Notes under the pieces: generated by a model | What the model was told of the DNA's origin: nothing | Seen by the model: only the letters and a program-made list of their open reading frames with translations | Database searches by the model: none | Origin: Lama glama | Lineage: Eukaryota | DNA: 64,000 bases | Reading direction: 5' to 3' | NCBI GenBank assembly: GCA_028534125.1 | Contig: CM052817.1 | Location: forward strand, 95,916,001 to 95,980,000 | Program-made: the position numbers and the translations under genes | Shown: piece by piece, positions 24,291 to 37,950 of the stretch | Position numbering within the stretch: the stretch's first letter is position 1 | How the letters are laid out: every line of letters begins with the position of its first letter

Positions 24291-26438
24291 CACTGCATCT
24301 GGCCACTCATTCACTCTCCCACACGACTCTTCCACGTCGTCTCCTCCCTTAGCAAATCTCCAACACCTCCTTGCCTTTTCTTGTCCTCCACCCCTGACCT
24401 TACTTGCCACTTCACTGCGAAAACATAATCAAGGAGAACTTAACAACTCCTAAAGTTGCTCAGGTTTTTGTCCTACTCAGTACATAAAGCCTGGTCACCC
24501 CAGTGTTGAAGCAATGCCTGTTGTTTGTAAAATGCACAACCTAAACAGACAAAAAGTGTTATACACTGTGCATGTGATTTACGGTCATGCAATGTAGAAT
24601 TATCGATTGATGTTGTGCGCTGATACCACTGAACCCACTGGGACAGCCCAGTTAGCTCAAAGGGAAGCATCTAACTTTCAAGTTGAGGTTGGGGTCTCTT
24701 TCACTATTTCTGTAGCTTGACTATTCCAAAATGCGGAACCAACTAAAGCTCACACGTCTGTGGGTCTAAGACCGGGGACAAACTTGCAATAGTGTGATGC
24801 TATGATCTTAACCAGCGGGAAAATGTTACGGCACGGAGACGGGAAGGAGCGGGAGGAGGGTGCTCGTCTAGTTCTTTAGTTCCAAGCTGAAACAGTGTCC
24901 CGGAGATTCCAGACCGTGAGATACTCCAAAGTGCTACCTAGGTCTCAGCCCCCTAGCTGTGGCTGTGACTTCTCCCCTGACCATCTTCCAAGAGTCACAG
25001 GAGTAAGAGATGTCACTCTTCGGCAATGCGGAAAATCTAGGCCACAGAGCCATTTACTGGACACTGACTGTATACTGAGCTCTACACTCGTTCTCTGACT
25101 CACTTCCGGGGGGGCCCAGGCTGGCCTGCATCCTTTGTCTGCTGAGGGTGCTCCTGGGGAGTGATGATGCCGGGTCCTGGAGAAAACCCTGAGGGACGAT
25201 CCCAGTTCCTCACATCTAGTGACCAGGCAGGCACACATCAAGCCTTTTCTTCCAAACGAATGCAAACCAATATTCACTTCCATCTCATTTTGATTCCCTG
25301 TAAATTCTGAACTGGCAAGTCTAAATTAATGAGGTTTGTTCTGCTGTGGGAAGGGATCTGACAATTTGACTCTTCTTACTTTGTGGACTGGACCTAGCAT
25401 TTCAGAAGGTATGGTAAGGCTGAAGTTTACTACTGGAAGGTAATGTCTTTCATGAAAGATGCAAAATCCAACTGTTTAGTAGGGGATCTCTCCCTCTCCA
25501 CTTCCTTCACAGCTTGTAGGAAATGAAGTCCCTCACTCTGTTACTCTAATTGAATTCCAACTTGGGTAATTACACTATAATTAAATAAATTCTCCCCATA
25601 GTTTTAATTCACTGACAAATAGTGCTAGTCAAACAGCCACATTTCACTCCCAGAAACACATCCCCACTCCATTTCAGTGATGAGTGGAGTGATTTGTATT
25701 TGGGAGATGTGTGTATGAAAAATGCACAGCTCATAAAATATTTTAGGTATCATTCACGATTACATATGCTTTTCTCAGCATGAGATGACATTAATTTCTA
25801 TTATCATCTTTCATCTAATTTCTCATACGCTGGGTGCCAAAAGAAATAAGACGGTTAATTAGCATTTCTTATTTTTAGAATTGTTTTTGCTTAGTTTACC
25901 AGTAGCTTGTGTTTTTTATTTCTAAAGCACATTTCATCATCCCTGGGAGACAGACTGGGGGAGGTGTTATTGCTTCCCATTCTACAGATGAAAAAGTTAC
26001 GGCAGCATTCCCTCCAAGTGAGGAAGCCAGTTACTGTCAGTACCAGCACTGAAAACTAAGCTTCGTCTGGTCCCCTGGTCCAAGGCTCTATCAAACACTG
26101 GGTCACTAGCAATCACTTCAGTTTTACTAATGAGAAAATACTGCAGCACATTTGTGACCTAGGTCACAGGTCATTCACTTGTCATAATTAATGATTTAGC
26201 CCAGGAGTCAGAGGCCTGAGAACTGGGTTCTGTTGCTGCCCTCGGGTCATGAGACCGCGGAGATGCTTTGCGTCTGCATGTTACGACTTGGTACAGTTTT
26301 GAACTGAAAGAACAGCTCAAAATGTGATGCAAAGTGGTGCCAAAGGATTCCAACTTCAATTTTACTCTAATGACCTTTCCTAACGGGTTGTGGATGGCTT
26401 TTAATAAAAGATATTAAAAACAACATCAAAATACTCAC

Positions 26439-26474
26439 AAACAGCAGCAGTAGCAGGGGTGTGACAACGATGCC
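26439..26474 (-). CDS. SLC10A7: SLC10A7 coding exon (human exon 6 equivalent), 36 nt, GIVVTPLLLLLF
   Basis: Acceptor ctcttttctttcttccag| and donor |gtgagt, phase 0-0. Peptide matches recalled SLC10A7 GIV(I/V)TPLLLLLF. Too short for the ORF track. Confidence 0.95.
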
Positions 26475-28639
26475 CTGGAAGAAAGAAAAGAGATGATGAT
26501 CATTTATCTGCCTGGAAAGCAGGACACTTTCTTTGCCGTTTTAAACTCTGATGCATGGAAACGCTTATCCTGCTCATTTCTGTTTGACAAAATCTAGGAG
26601 CTAAAGAAGAGGGAGCCCCAGTCTCGTCTCTCCCGACCGTGAGCCTTAGCATCTCCAGGATGACTGTTCGTATCTGGCATCATTAAAAGTACAACCACCA
26701 ATCTTCCTTAAACTCGACTTCCCTTTTTTCAACCTAAGTTCCCTTCCACGTTGCATATGTATCACTGGGGTGGAAGCTGGCAAGCTTTCTCACTCCAAGG
26801 CTTTCAACTCTAACTTGGATAAAGTGCCCCTTTTCAAGAGAAGACAGGTGGTTTCGTCCCAGTTGGGGTCCCCTCCTGAGCAAAGACCACGTCAGCTGTG
26901 ATGAATGAGATGCCGTGACTTTGTAATGTGAACTGATCTCCCCGAGGAAATGAGCTGGGATCTCAAAACTCATTTCACTTGATTAGACTCCACGTCTCGG
27001 TGGTGGAAGGCAAGCCTTTCATCTAATTCAGCCACACAGGACCACCTCCGTCCCTCTGCCTCCCCTAGGCAGAAAGGAGCAAAAGATTTGTTTTCTTCAA
27101 TGACAGGGAACAGTCTGAGGCTGTTGTGATGAGGCAGGATACAAGCTTTTAGGTTTCTTGAAGGTAAATCTTTGAAACGAGGTGTTTGAGTTGGGAGTTG
27201 ACGTGATAGGTTTCAGTTTTTGAGCCGCAGCTGATTATTCGTCCCTCTTAGTTGTCCCTTTATCTCTCAACACTTCATTATGATTTATATAAGAAAAAGC
27301 ATTTCATATTTTTATTAATGGATTCTACTTGGAGCTTGAAAATTCCGAAGCGTCTGCGTGTGTGTGTGCGCGTGTGAGAGAGAGACAAGACAGAGACAGA
27401 CAGACAGACAGAGGCCATACCGTGCCCAGGATCCAGGTCTGGGACCACTCCATTACTCCTGGGAAAAAGTCCTTTTGGTATTAACATATGGAAGCCCTTT
27501 TGTCATTAGTAACTAAATTCTTTCGGATGCGGCCCAGAGGGGATGTTTACCTTACATGAACATTGCTACCATAACTTTCTTAGGCATATACACATGTGAA
27601 TATCCACACAGACTCGTTCTCTTGTTAAATAATAGAATAAACACTTCTTTATTGTGCAAACTTTTGCAATTGTCAATAGGGAATACAACATTTTAATTTA
27701 AGTGATATATTTTACAGTCCGTTTATTAAAACATGGATTGTGGCTTACCAACTCCACTGGTGCCTGGGAAGCAAGTTCTCATCAGCACCACTGAGGAGCG
27801 CTCCATGTGCAAAATGCCAAAATAATTTTGAAGAGCTACTATCCTTCAATGACATGGAATCTACTCGGACTCCAGGAGGAACTCTGAACTTTGCAAGGCC
27901 GTGTGGAAATGGAAATATCTGGCTGTTTCAGGCTATGTGGGATCCATCCGATTTCAAGTCAATTTGTTTAAATGTTTATCGAACAGCCACTTACATGCCA
28001 GGCACGGTTCCAATTAATCAGAAGAAATCATGAAAACTGATCTCGCAGACAGGGGGTGAGGATATTTGAGGAAGAGGGCAGGGCATTTGTATAAAAAGTT
28101 GAACAGGACAGGAAGAAAAGTATGAAGTGGAGGATTCAGAGAGCAGGTCATCAAAAGTCTTGTAAGCCAGGAAGGGGAACTTGGAGCTGGTCCTTTCAGT
28201 GGCAAACTATTAAAGAACTTAAAGTGAGGGTATAATGGTTAGTAGATAATTTAGTATATGGAGAATGGATGTGCCTTTGCCCATAACGTAGTGAGTTTTA
28301 CCTTTGTTATCTATCAGTTCACCCAAATTCAGGTAAAAGAACATGGAAACTTGCATTAGTGTTAATTATGGAATATCGATAGAACTAATAACACGTCTGA
28401 GAAGCAAAGTACGATATCTGTGACAGGATGAGAATTTTCAGCCCGGAAGAAGGCTGAGCGTTGTCACCACTCTGGGAACGTGTGTCTTATATCAGAGGAG
28501 TGGAAGCCACACGGGTGTCATGTAGGACATGAGGACTTGTGTTCTTCCTGGTGCCCATTTCATTTTCCTTTGCAACAGTGCAACAGCACCAATATGAGTA
28601 ATAATTAGTAATAATACTAGTACTATTAGTGGTATTTTG

Positions 28640-28830
28640 CTTCAGTATTTTTATGCATATTAAAAAATTTGACCCTCCTCTATTGAGGGAGCTGGGTTAC
28701 ATAATAGCCTACTTTATGAATGAGGAACCCGAGGTTCAGAAAAGCCAAGCAACCAGCCCAAAGTCACACAGCAAATAAATGGCAAAGCCTGGACTACAGC
28801 CTGTTATACCCAACTCCAAAGCCTAAACTG
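28640..28830 (-). mobile_element. MIR SINE
   Basis: gaatgaggaacccgaggttcagaaaag...cccaaagtcacacagcaaataaatggcaaagcc. Confidence 0.75.
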
Positions 28831-29088
28831 ATGCCACGACAGCCCTGGTCCCTGGGTAGCAGACTAACAACCAGTACAGATTCCCACAGAGTTCTGCTCT
28901 GGTCATGTAGGTAGGGATTAGTACGATCTTGGCCTCCAGTTGATAACTTAGAGATGATCTTATTCTGGAAGGCAGAGCACCATTATCTGTAGGTTTTCCT
29001 GCTTGAATATCTCAAGTGTCTGGTCACCAACACAAAACAGCTCTTACAAGGACTACTGATACTTGTTCAAAAGATATTAAATGTTTCC

Positions 29089-29529
29089 CAGCCTAAATGT
29101 CCATCAACAGGTGACTGGATAAAGAAGATGTGGTATATTTATACAATGGAATACTACTCAGCCATAAAAACCGACAACATAATGCCATTTGCAGCAACAT
29201 GGATGCTCCTAGAGAATGTCATTCTAAGTGAAGTAAGCCAGAAAGAGAAAGAAAAATACCATATGAGGTCGCTCATATGTGGAATCTAAAAAACAAAAAC
29301 AAAAACAAAGCATAAATACAGGACAGAAATAGACTCATGGACAGAGAATACAGACTTGTGGTTACCAGGGGGGTAGAGGGTGGGAAGGGATAGACTGGGA
29401 TTTCAAAATTGTAGAATAGATAAACAAGATTACACTGTATAACACAGGGAAATATACACAAAATGTTATGATAAATCACAGAGAAAAAAATGTGACAATG
29501 AGTGTGTATATGTCCATGAATGACTGAAA
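29089..29529 (+). mobile_element. Relatively young L1 3' portion running into a gap
   Basis: cctaaatgtccatcaacaggtgactggataaagaagatgtgg...ggaatactactcagccataaaa...gtccatgaatgactgaaa. Confidence 0.92.
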
Positions 29530-30029
29530 NNNNNNNNNNNNNNNNNNNNNNNNNNNNNNNNNNNNNNNNNNNNNNNNNNNNNNNNNNNNNNNNNNNNNNN
29601 NNNNNNNNNNNNNNNNNNNNNNNNNNNNNNNNNNNNNNNNNNNNNNNNNNNNNNNNNNNNNNNNNNNNNNNNNNNNNNNNNNNNNNNNNNNNNNNNNNNN
29701 NNNNNNNNNNNNNNNNNNNNNNNNNNNNNNNNNNNNNNNNNNNNNNNNNNNNNNNNNNNNNNNNNNNNNNNNNNNNNNNNNNNNNNNNNNNNNNNNNNNN
29801 NNNNNNNNNNNNNNNNNNNNNNNNNNNNNNNNNNNNNNNNNNNNNNNNNNNNNNNNNNNNNNNNNNNNNNNNNNNNNNNNNNNNNNNNNNNNNNNNNNNN
29901 NNNNNNNNNNNNNNNNNNNNNNNNNNNNNNNNNNNNNNNNNNNNNNNNNNNNNNNNNNNNNNNNNNNNNNNNNNNNNNNNNNNNNNNNNNNNNNNNNNNN
30001 NNNNNNNNNNNNNNNNNNNNNNNNNNNNN
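29530..30029. other. Assembly gap (500 N)
   Basis: Direct read. Confidence 1.
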
Positions 30030-30671
30030 GGGAAACTGTGAATTATGTTCTGGAAGTAAAGGTATTTAAAAAAGAACAAACAGTCATTTTTGCATTAGAC
30101 CTTAGTAGCTTTCTATATTTTATTGGTTAAAAGAGAAAAAGACATTTGTGTTTGCCGTCTCCTAAAAGTATAAGAGAGTCCAAGAGATAATGACAAAAAT
30201 GCTGTTCCCTTCTAGACATTTGGAAGTAGATAGTACATGTTAGGATTTAGGGGAAAAAAAAAAAGTCTTGTTCTTTGAGAAATTTAATTTTATAAAAGGA
30301 AGTGAACCAAAATAAAGCACTGAGCCTAAACTCTCAGAATTCAATAGATACAGGTTCTCCTCCCCAATTTGGGTTAATTCGATTAAAAATTTTCAGTATG
30401 TTTATTTCTTAACAAACACAGATTTTACTTATTTTAACCTGGTCATTTGAATGTACAAATCAGTCTCATGAGTATTCAAATGCAAAACATAATTGTAATT
30501 CAAGTCTATTATTTTTATGTTCTGACAGCATTCTTAAGAATATAGTACTATAAGAAAAACAAAGTGCAAATCTAGGAATATGACAAATTTGGACAATTTA
30601 TCATCTAAAACCTAGCAATCTATCTCACTTTAATGTTTAAGTTCAATTTTACATTGTTAGTATCTTTGCAG

Positions 30672-31050
30672 ATCCATTCAACAAATAATGAGTGGACACC
30701 ACTCCGTGTCAGGCATACCCTAGAGGGTGGGGAATCAATGATAAAGGTGGCCGGGTCTCTTCCTTACAAGGTCTAGCTGTGGCAAAGTACAAAGGTGAAG
30801 GCCAGATAATGGGTGAGGAAGGGCCGCCCACCACACCTTACTGAACAAGGGATTCCGAAAGAGGTGACATCTAAACTGAGGCTGGAATGATGAGTAGGAA
30901 GGGCCCAGGGAAGGGTGGAGGGGGCAGGCAATTAGAAATAGTCTGGGAGGTCGGGGAACAGCATGTACAAAGGCCCCAACACAAGAAAGTGTGCTCACGG
31001 CGTACAGAGCAAAGGAAAGACAGGCAGACTGAATGGGATGGAACAAACGC
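30672..31050 (-). mobile_element. L2 3' fragment
   Basis: atccattcaacaaataatgag...gaggtgacatctaaactgagg...gaacagcatgtacaaaggccc. Confidence 0.75.
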
Positions 31051-33469
31051 CACTTTGGTGACAAGAATCTCACAAATTCCTCATGAAAAGATAACTAGTG
31101 ATATTCACTAGCCTTCTCATCTTCTAGTAAATCAAAGAAACAGAAAGGGCAACTCAATTAAGGGATACCTCAGTAAGTGTCATTTGGAGTTTCAACTGTC
31201 CTCAGAACTCAACTTTAAAAAAAAATATATTATGAGAATGTCAGCAAAGCCACACAGGACCAGTGCTGCGAGGCTGAGAGACGGCTGGAGTGGAGGAGAA
31301 TAAAGTAATAAAATTAGGATCTTAAGACTGTTCCAATCTTCTGTTCCTGGCAAACACTTTGTTCTCTGAAGAATATTTATTACTATGGTCAACTTACTCC
31401 TTCTGGAATTTGTGTTACTTAGTAAGGAGTTATTTCTATTCAAAAATGGAAAATTCAAAGACCTAAGAACCCCCACTGCATGGTAATTTATATGGCTTGC
31501 GTACTGGTGCTGTCTGCTGGGCCCCAGGTCATCAATTATGTATAGAAATGTACCATTACAGCAGTGGCCAGTGTCGTGGGCCTGTCAGGGATTTCTTAAG
31601 AGAAACAAAAACATCTGACTGGATCTTCTTTTAGAAATCACAGGCTAGGTGGAAGGAGGAAGATCTCTGAAAGCAAACAGGAGTAATCCTCAATACATAA
31701 ACTGACTTCTTGTAATAACTGGAAAATGAATTTTTAAGAAGGCACTTAAAATGAAACCAGAAGTATAACTCGGGGAAAAGCCTCGAAAACAGATATAAGA
31801 AAGGCTGACATTAGTTCATCAAAACCACACGCGTTAGAATACAAATTCATTCCTTATGTATTTGAGGGAAAATGACTAATGGGGGTCACCGAGCTCCAGC
31901 CTCTCGGAAGCAAATTCAACAGATTCAACGTTTACAACAAGGAGTAGTCACGTTATTTGCAATAAAATGTCTTGTAATCCCCAAACCTGGCTGGCTTCTG
32001 AGGTGTGAGCTTTCATTTTAAATGAATGGAGCCTATTTACACACTGACCAGAGAGCATCAGAATGGTGAGGATTACCAGGAAGGAAATGCAATCTAAGAT
32101 ATCGTACGGAATTTTCTCCATTATACAAAACCCAAAAGCTTTCACTGGGATTTCAATAAATTTAGTTCTACACATTGCTGCAGAGATTCAGTTACTCCCG
32201 CTTTCTCTAGTGGTTCGCTGGGGTAGCAGCTGCTGGGCTGTGTATTTCAAAAGTGAAAAAGAACTCTCATTCTCTCTCAGTACCTACATAAATGTGCTCC
32301 GGAAAATTTGGAAAAATGATGTACTTTAAGGGAAATGACTTGATTTCCTTTCCTGTAAGGTATCTGACAAGCGTTTAAACCTCGAACAGGGAGAGTCGTC
32401 GTTTTCAAAAACCAAACTGATGCCTTCTGCAGGAAACTATAATGTATAAACACATCTATCATTTGCGTTTCAGTACATTTAAGCACACATGCTGGAACAG
32501 ATACCCTCTTTCTTCCACACTTTCTGGGTAGAATTTTTAATGCCCGATTTTTGTAAAATAATTTAGGGGCTACGCAAGCACTGTAAGGTCGCCAGACAAA
32601 GATACTCTGATTTTATACTACTTTCAAGAGTATGTTAACATCCTCATCTTGTCATTACTACAGAGGTTTAGATCAAATGTCGTATCATTCAGCCAAATTC
32701 TATAAAATTGAAAGCATGTTTAAAAATCAATGCTAAGCCAGGAGGGAATGCCTAAAACAGATAAGAACCAAATCAATTTCCTTATTTCTTAGATTTAAAA
32801 TGGAAATAATTTGCTGATCAGCCACAGAAACTGCAATTTAGCAAAACGGACTCCGATGAATGCTGAAATATCTGATTTTCTTAGCTCTTCTTTCTTTAAC
32901 AAGTGATCTCTGCCAGTTTAAATGGGAGAAATTCCAACATATCTGAATACATGACAATTCACAAGACACATGGCACAAAACACATGACACGACACATCAT
33001 GTTAACTACTTGTTACTAATAAAAGCCAAAGCTACAGTTCCACCGCTCTTATAGTTTAATTCATTGACTTCTATATTTTGGCTGACATTCAATTAATTGA
33101 GGATATTGCAAATACAGTGAGAAACTGAAGTGAGACCATTTAAAAAACACATTTCGCTGTGGAGTTTTAAATTCACATTTTATTATACACACGGAATGTC
33201 CAGAAAATCTTCAGTTACTTGTCTACTAGGTGACGAGTGATTTACATAAATTATCTCAATCCTCAGAAATATCTTACTGACCTTTGCTCCAATAAGGTAC
33301 ATAACTTGTCCAGAAGTCATATGGCGACTGAGAGCCCCTCCTGTGATTCTATCACTCAATAGCATTTGACTTCCTCCTTCCTGAATCACTTCGTTCTTCA
33401 GCTTGTGGAAAATTGCCAACTCCTATTTACCTTCTTCTTCTTCTAGACCTTTCTCCCTCACTTAACTCA

Positions 33470-33775
33470 GGTCTCTTATAAAGACCTTCCCAGTCTACCT
33501 TATCTACCCCCCCCACCTATTTTCCCTCCCCTACTGCTTTCTATTTCCTTATCATGCTTTATTTTTGTTCACAAAATTGATCACCACTTGACGTTATATT
33601 TAATTACTTGCTTATTGTCTGTTACCCTTACTGTTCACCTACCCCCTGCCCCTCGAGGAACTCCACAAGGCGGGGATCTTGCTCGTCTCTGTCCCCCTGT
33701 GGTCTCAGTGCCTATAGCAGTGCCTGGCACCAAGTAAGCCCTCAATAAATCTGTTCAGTGAAGGAATGGATGGAA
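33470..33775 (+). mobile_element. L2 3' end
   Basis: gtgcctatagcagtgcctggcaccaagtaagccctcaataaatctgttcagtgaaggaatgg. Confidence 0.8.
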
Positions 33776-34789
33776 GTGTGAAGTTAGGATTCACATCCAG
33801 GTCTTTCTAACTCTAGGGATAGGATTATTTTACCACACCTTGTTTAATTTCAAATATAACACGCTTTTATGAAAAGTTTCCTTAGTCAACTCCAAGCAAA
33901 CAATACATCTTTACAATGACTCCTAAAGCCCTGTCTCTGCTCTACCCAAAGCCTATAACTAAAGAAAGATGCTTACTGAAAGAAAGGGAGTGAAAGGCCA
34001 CTTCGTCCAGGAAGAAAAGAAGAAAGAAGCCAACATTTATTGCATACTTACCTTGTTCTGAGTAATATGTGTATAAAATGTATGCATATATTTGCATGTG
34101 TATATTTCTGCATAGAATTCATTTCTATTTTATCCACATGGCAGTAATATAAAGCAAGAGAGTGGGTCCTGGTTCCCTCCTTGAGAAGCTTAAAGCTCAG
34201 AGGCTGGTGGGGAGAGAGGTGACAGTGAGAGTGAGCTGCAAGTTCTCCACTGGCCAGGCAGAGACATGTCAGTTTGCCTCGGGGTCAAGTGACCAAAGGA
34301 AGAGATGGACTTGAGTCCTGCTGACCAGAACTCCACCCGGAGAAGTAGATCACTAAAGGCCAAGAGCTGTGGCTGGAGTTGTCAGAGGACCACCGCCCGT
34401 GCCAGGCAATGTTGTACAGGGAGGCTCCTAGAGAAGCGGGACCACTGAAAACCTGCAGCCACACCCCACAAGAGAAAGAGCCGGCCTGCGGAGATGTGTC
34501 ACATTCACAGGGCCTCAAAGCCCGGTTACAAGGCAAGACACATCACTTTGTCCATCCTTCTCTAGTCCCTCCTTCTCCCAGGGACCTGATCCTAGAGGGG
34601 ACAAAGGCAGTGGCTCAAGAATGGGAAAGGAGGTGGACCAAAGATGAGAGAAGCAGCCTATCACAGTTCCCCTCCCTACTGTAGATTACTGATCTGAGTT
34701 GATGGGGGAGGGGAAGAAAGGGGGAAAGCTTTCAACAGGATGAGAGACTGAAGTTTTGGCATTAGACTGGACCAGGCTTTTTCTTTGTT

Positions 34790-36410
34790 TACTGAAGAGT
34801 AACAAGTATAATTTTTTACATAAATATCTCATACATATATACCTAGGTAACCATCACACAGATCCAAATATGAAACATTTCTAGCAATCTAGAGAGATCC
34901 CGCATGATTCCTCCTAGTCAACACCCACCCTGCCAAAGTTACCACTGTCCTCAATTTTATCACCACAGGTTAATTTTTCTCACCTCAAACTTCACAGACA
35001 TGAAGTCATATGTAGGAGCAGCACTGTTTATAATAGCCAAGACATGGAAGCAAACTAAGTGTCCATGGACAGATGCCTGGATGAAGAAGGTGTGGTATAT
35101 ATACCATGGAATACTACTCAGCCATAAAAAATAATGTCACTTGCAGAAACATGGGTGGACCTAGAGATTATCATACTAAGTGAAGTAAATCAGACAAAGA
35201 TAAATAACATATGATATCACTTACATGTGGAATCTAAAGAATGACACAAATGAAGAACTTATTTACAAACCAGAAATATATTCACAGATATAGAAAACAA
35301 CCTTATGGTTACCAAAGGGGAAAGGTGGGGAGGGATAAATTAGGAGTTTGGGGTTAGCAGACACTAACTACTATATACAAAACAGATAAACAATAAGCCT
35401 ACTGTATAACACAGGGGACTGTATATAATAGCTCATAATAACCTATAAGGAAAAAGAATATAAAAAAGAATGCATAACTGAATCACTATGCTCTACACCA
35501 GACACTCACACAACATTGTAAATCAATTATACTTCTATAAAAAATTTTTTTAATTAAATTTTTTTTAATCATATGTATGAATTCTTCTGTGTCTGGCTTC
35601 ATTTGCTCAGTCTTGTCTATAGGAGTTAGCCATGTTTTTGGGTGAAGCAGTAGGTCATCTTTTCCATTCATATTTTGTGTTTTGTTGTATGAACACATCA
35701 TAACTTATTTATCCATTCTTCTAATGGTGGACATTTAAATTGTTTCCATTTTGCTTTATGAAGAAAATTGCTAAAACCTTCCTGAACACATCTTCTGGTG
35801 GACATGTGTACTCATTTCATTTCTGCTGGAAATATATTTGACAGTAGAATGCTAAGTCAGAGTATAAAGGTAGACATGCGATTAGCATTCATAGGTACTG
35901 CCATTTTCCCAAAGCACTTGAACCATTTTCCACTCCTACCAGTAATGTCTGAGAATTTCAGTTACAAGGCATCTGCATTAATACTTGCTATTGACAGTCT
36001 CTTTATTCTTTAGCCATTCTGATGCATGCGCAGCTCACTGTGGCTTTAATTTGCATTTTCCTGATGACTAGTGGTGTTGCGTCCTTTCTTACATGCTTTT
36101 TGAAGACTGGATATCATCTTTTATGAAATGCCTATTTCAAATCTTTCCCCGTTTCTCATTGTGCCACCTGTATTTTTTACTGATTTGTATAAGCTATTTA
36201 CACAGTCTGGATACAAGTCTGCTGGATACCTGGAAAAAGGTGTGTGTACTCTAAATCTCTTCTCTGACTTGTGGCTTGCCTTTTTTTCTTTTAATGGTGG
36301 CTTTTGTTGAACAGATGTTTTTAATTTTCACAAAGTCCATTTGGTCAATCTTTTCATATACAGTTACGATTTTGTGGCTTCAGAAGATGGTCTCCTGTGT
36401 TTTCTTCTAG
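34790..36410 (-). mobile_element. Ancient L1M fragment, interrupted by a younger L1
   Basis: Antisense L1 text: ttatccattcttctaatggtggacatttaaattgtttcc, tagccattctg...gtggctttaatttgcattttcctgatgactag. Confidence 0.8.
35015..35568 (+). mobile_element. 5'-truncated L1 nested in the old L1M
   Basis: gcagcactgtttataatagccaagacatggaagcaa...aatcaattatacttct. TSD tcatatgta at 35006-35014 and 35569-35577. Confidence 0.9.
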
Positions 36411-37214
36411 TAGATTGGACTTTTTAATACCTGAAAGTAACTGGAAAAACTATAGATTTATCCTGAAATTTTACCCAAAAAGGGGAAAGAATGATATCAT
36501 AGGGCAAGGGTAAAAGGACACTAATGAGTGAGAGTAATACTGCTCTCTGCTGGTATCCAGTAGAGTCTAGCTCACTCAATAAGTCAGTTACACTTGGCTT
36601 AACTATGAAGATTCATTTGAGAAGTTACATATATCATGCTTTTAAAAAATGGACAATCCTCCTAGTGAGTGTATGAAACACTCCTGATTTATTAGCTTAG
36701 TTTACTATAGATATGGCATAATTATACAGAATCAAGACTTTCCATTATTGAATATATATTGAGCGACCTAGGCCACTCCACACAAAGATGTCCTTCTCCT
36801 CTCATAACTGGATTTTCTTAGAAACAGTATTTGCTATTGGAGTTTGGGTGTCACATTGAAAAGATGCTGGGCAGGAATTTAGAAGTGTTTCCAATTTACT
36901 CATGTTTTTGTGATGGATTGATTGTTCAGTTGAGAAGTACAGTGGACCACAGAACTGCACAATAAGCCATCAAATAGAAATTATATTCTTTTATTAAATA
37001 ACCCTCAAATAGATGATCAGAGAGGATGTAAACTTGCTGTAAGTTCCTTGAGTGCAATGTCTGTATCTCACACATTTTTGCGGTGCTTTTCACATGATGG
37101 GTATTTATTAAATGGCTGTCAAGCAGAATTGCTTGTGATGCCTCTCTGTGGACGATCTGCCCCATCCATTTCTCAAGACATACTCATGACTCCCCTCATT
37201 TGAAAATGCAGGAC

Positions 37215-37950
37215 CAGTATGAATTCTGGAACCAGACTACTTGTGTTCAAATTCTAGTTCCATCTGGTGTATGAGCTTAGAAAATGATTTTACACTTATG
37301 TACTTCAGTATCTACATCTGTAAAATGGACATAATAAGAGTACCGAAGCATGGCTCTTAGTATAACTGACGCCATCTTGGGCCCTTACGATCTCTCCAGT
37401 CCTTCTGCTGACCCTCCCCAGCACTGTACTGTGCAGTGAATCACTCTTCTGCCATCAAGGGCTTTGAAGTTAATAGATAGGGTTTAATAATCATTAGAAC
37501 CAGGTGGCCTCTATGCTCTGTTAGTCCCCAAACAATGATGAGAACCTTTGCTGACGTATTCCTGACTCCCTCGAGACTAGTTACCCATTCACAAATCTTG
37601 ACTTAGGAATGCATGCCCCATTTCCAAGCATCTGCCACACATACCCTAGGTTAACTGTAAAATTGTCCCCACGGCCCCCTCATAATGCAGAGTGCAGCTG
37701 CGAACGCTTCTGGATCGTTGTCTGCTGACCCAGACCCCACCCTGCGAGGAAGTTATCCTATAATAAACTGATCTGTTGATTATATGGAGCTGCCTGACTC
37801 GTTTTTCAGTCTCAAGATGCCTTCTCAGTTCGGTGGGCACTTCGTTCCCTCTGTCCTCCAACATACCCACTTCCAGTGCTGATACAAGGATTAAATGAGT
37901 TCATACAAAGTATTAGAATGGAGCCAGACACAAGGAAGGGCTATGAAACT
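37215..37950 (+). mobile_element. MIR split by an LTR insertion
   Basis: catctgtaaaatggacataataagagtacc | ... | tacccac...aggattaaatgagttcatac. Confidence 0.7.
37345..37863 (+). mobile_element. Probable solo LTR (ERV1-like, family not recognised)
   Basis: ~520-bp block splitting a MIR, with gacgccatcttgg near the start, AATAAA near 37762, a terminal CA and a 4-bp TSD tacc. Confidence 0.6.
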
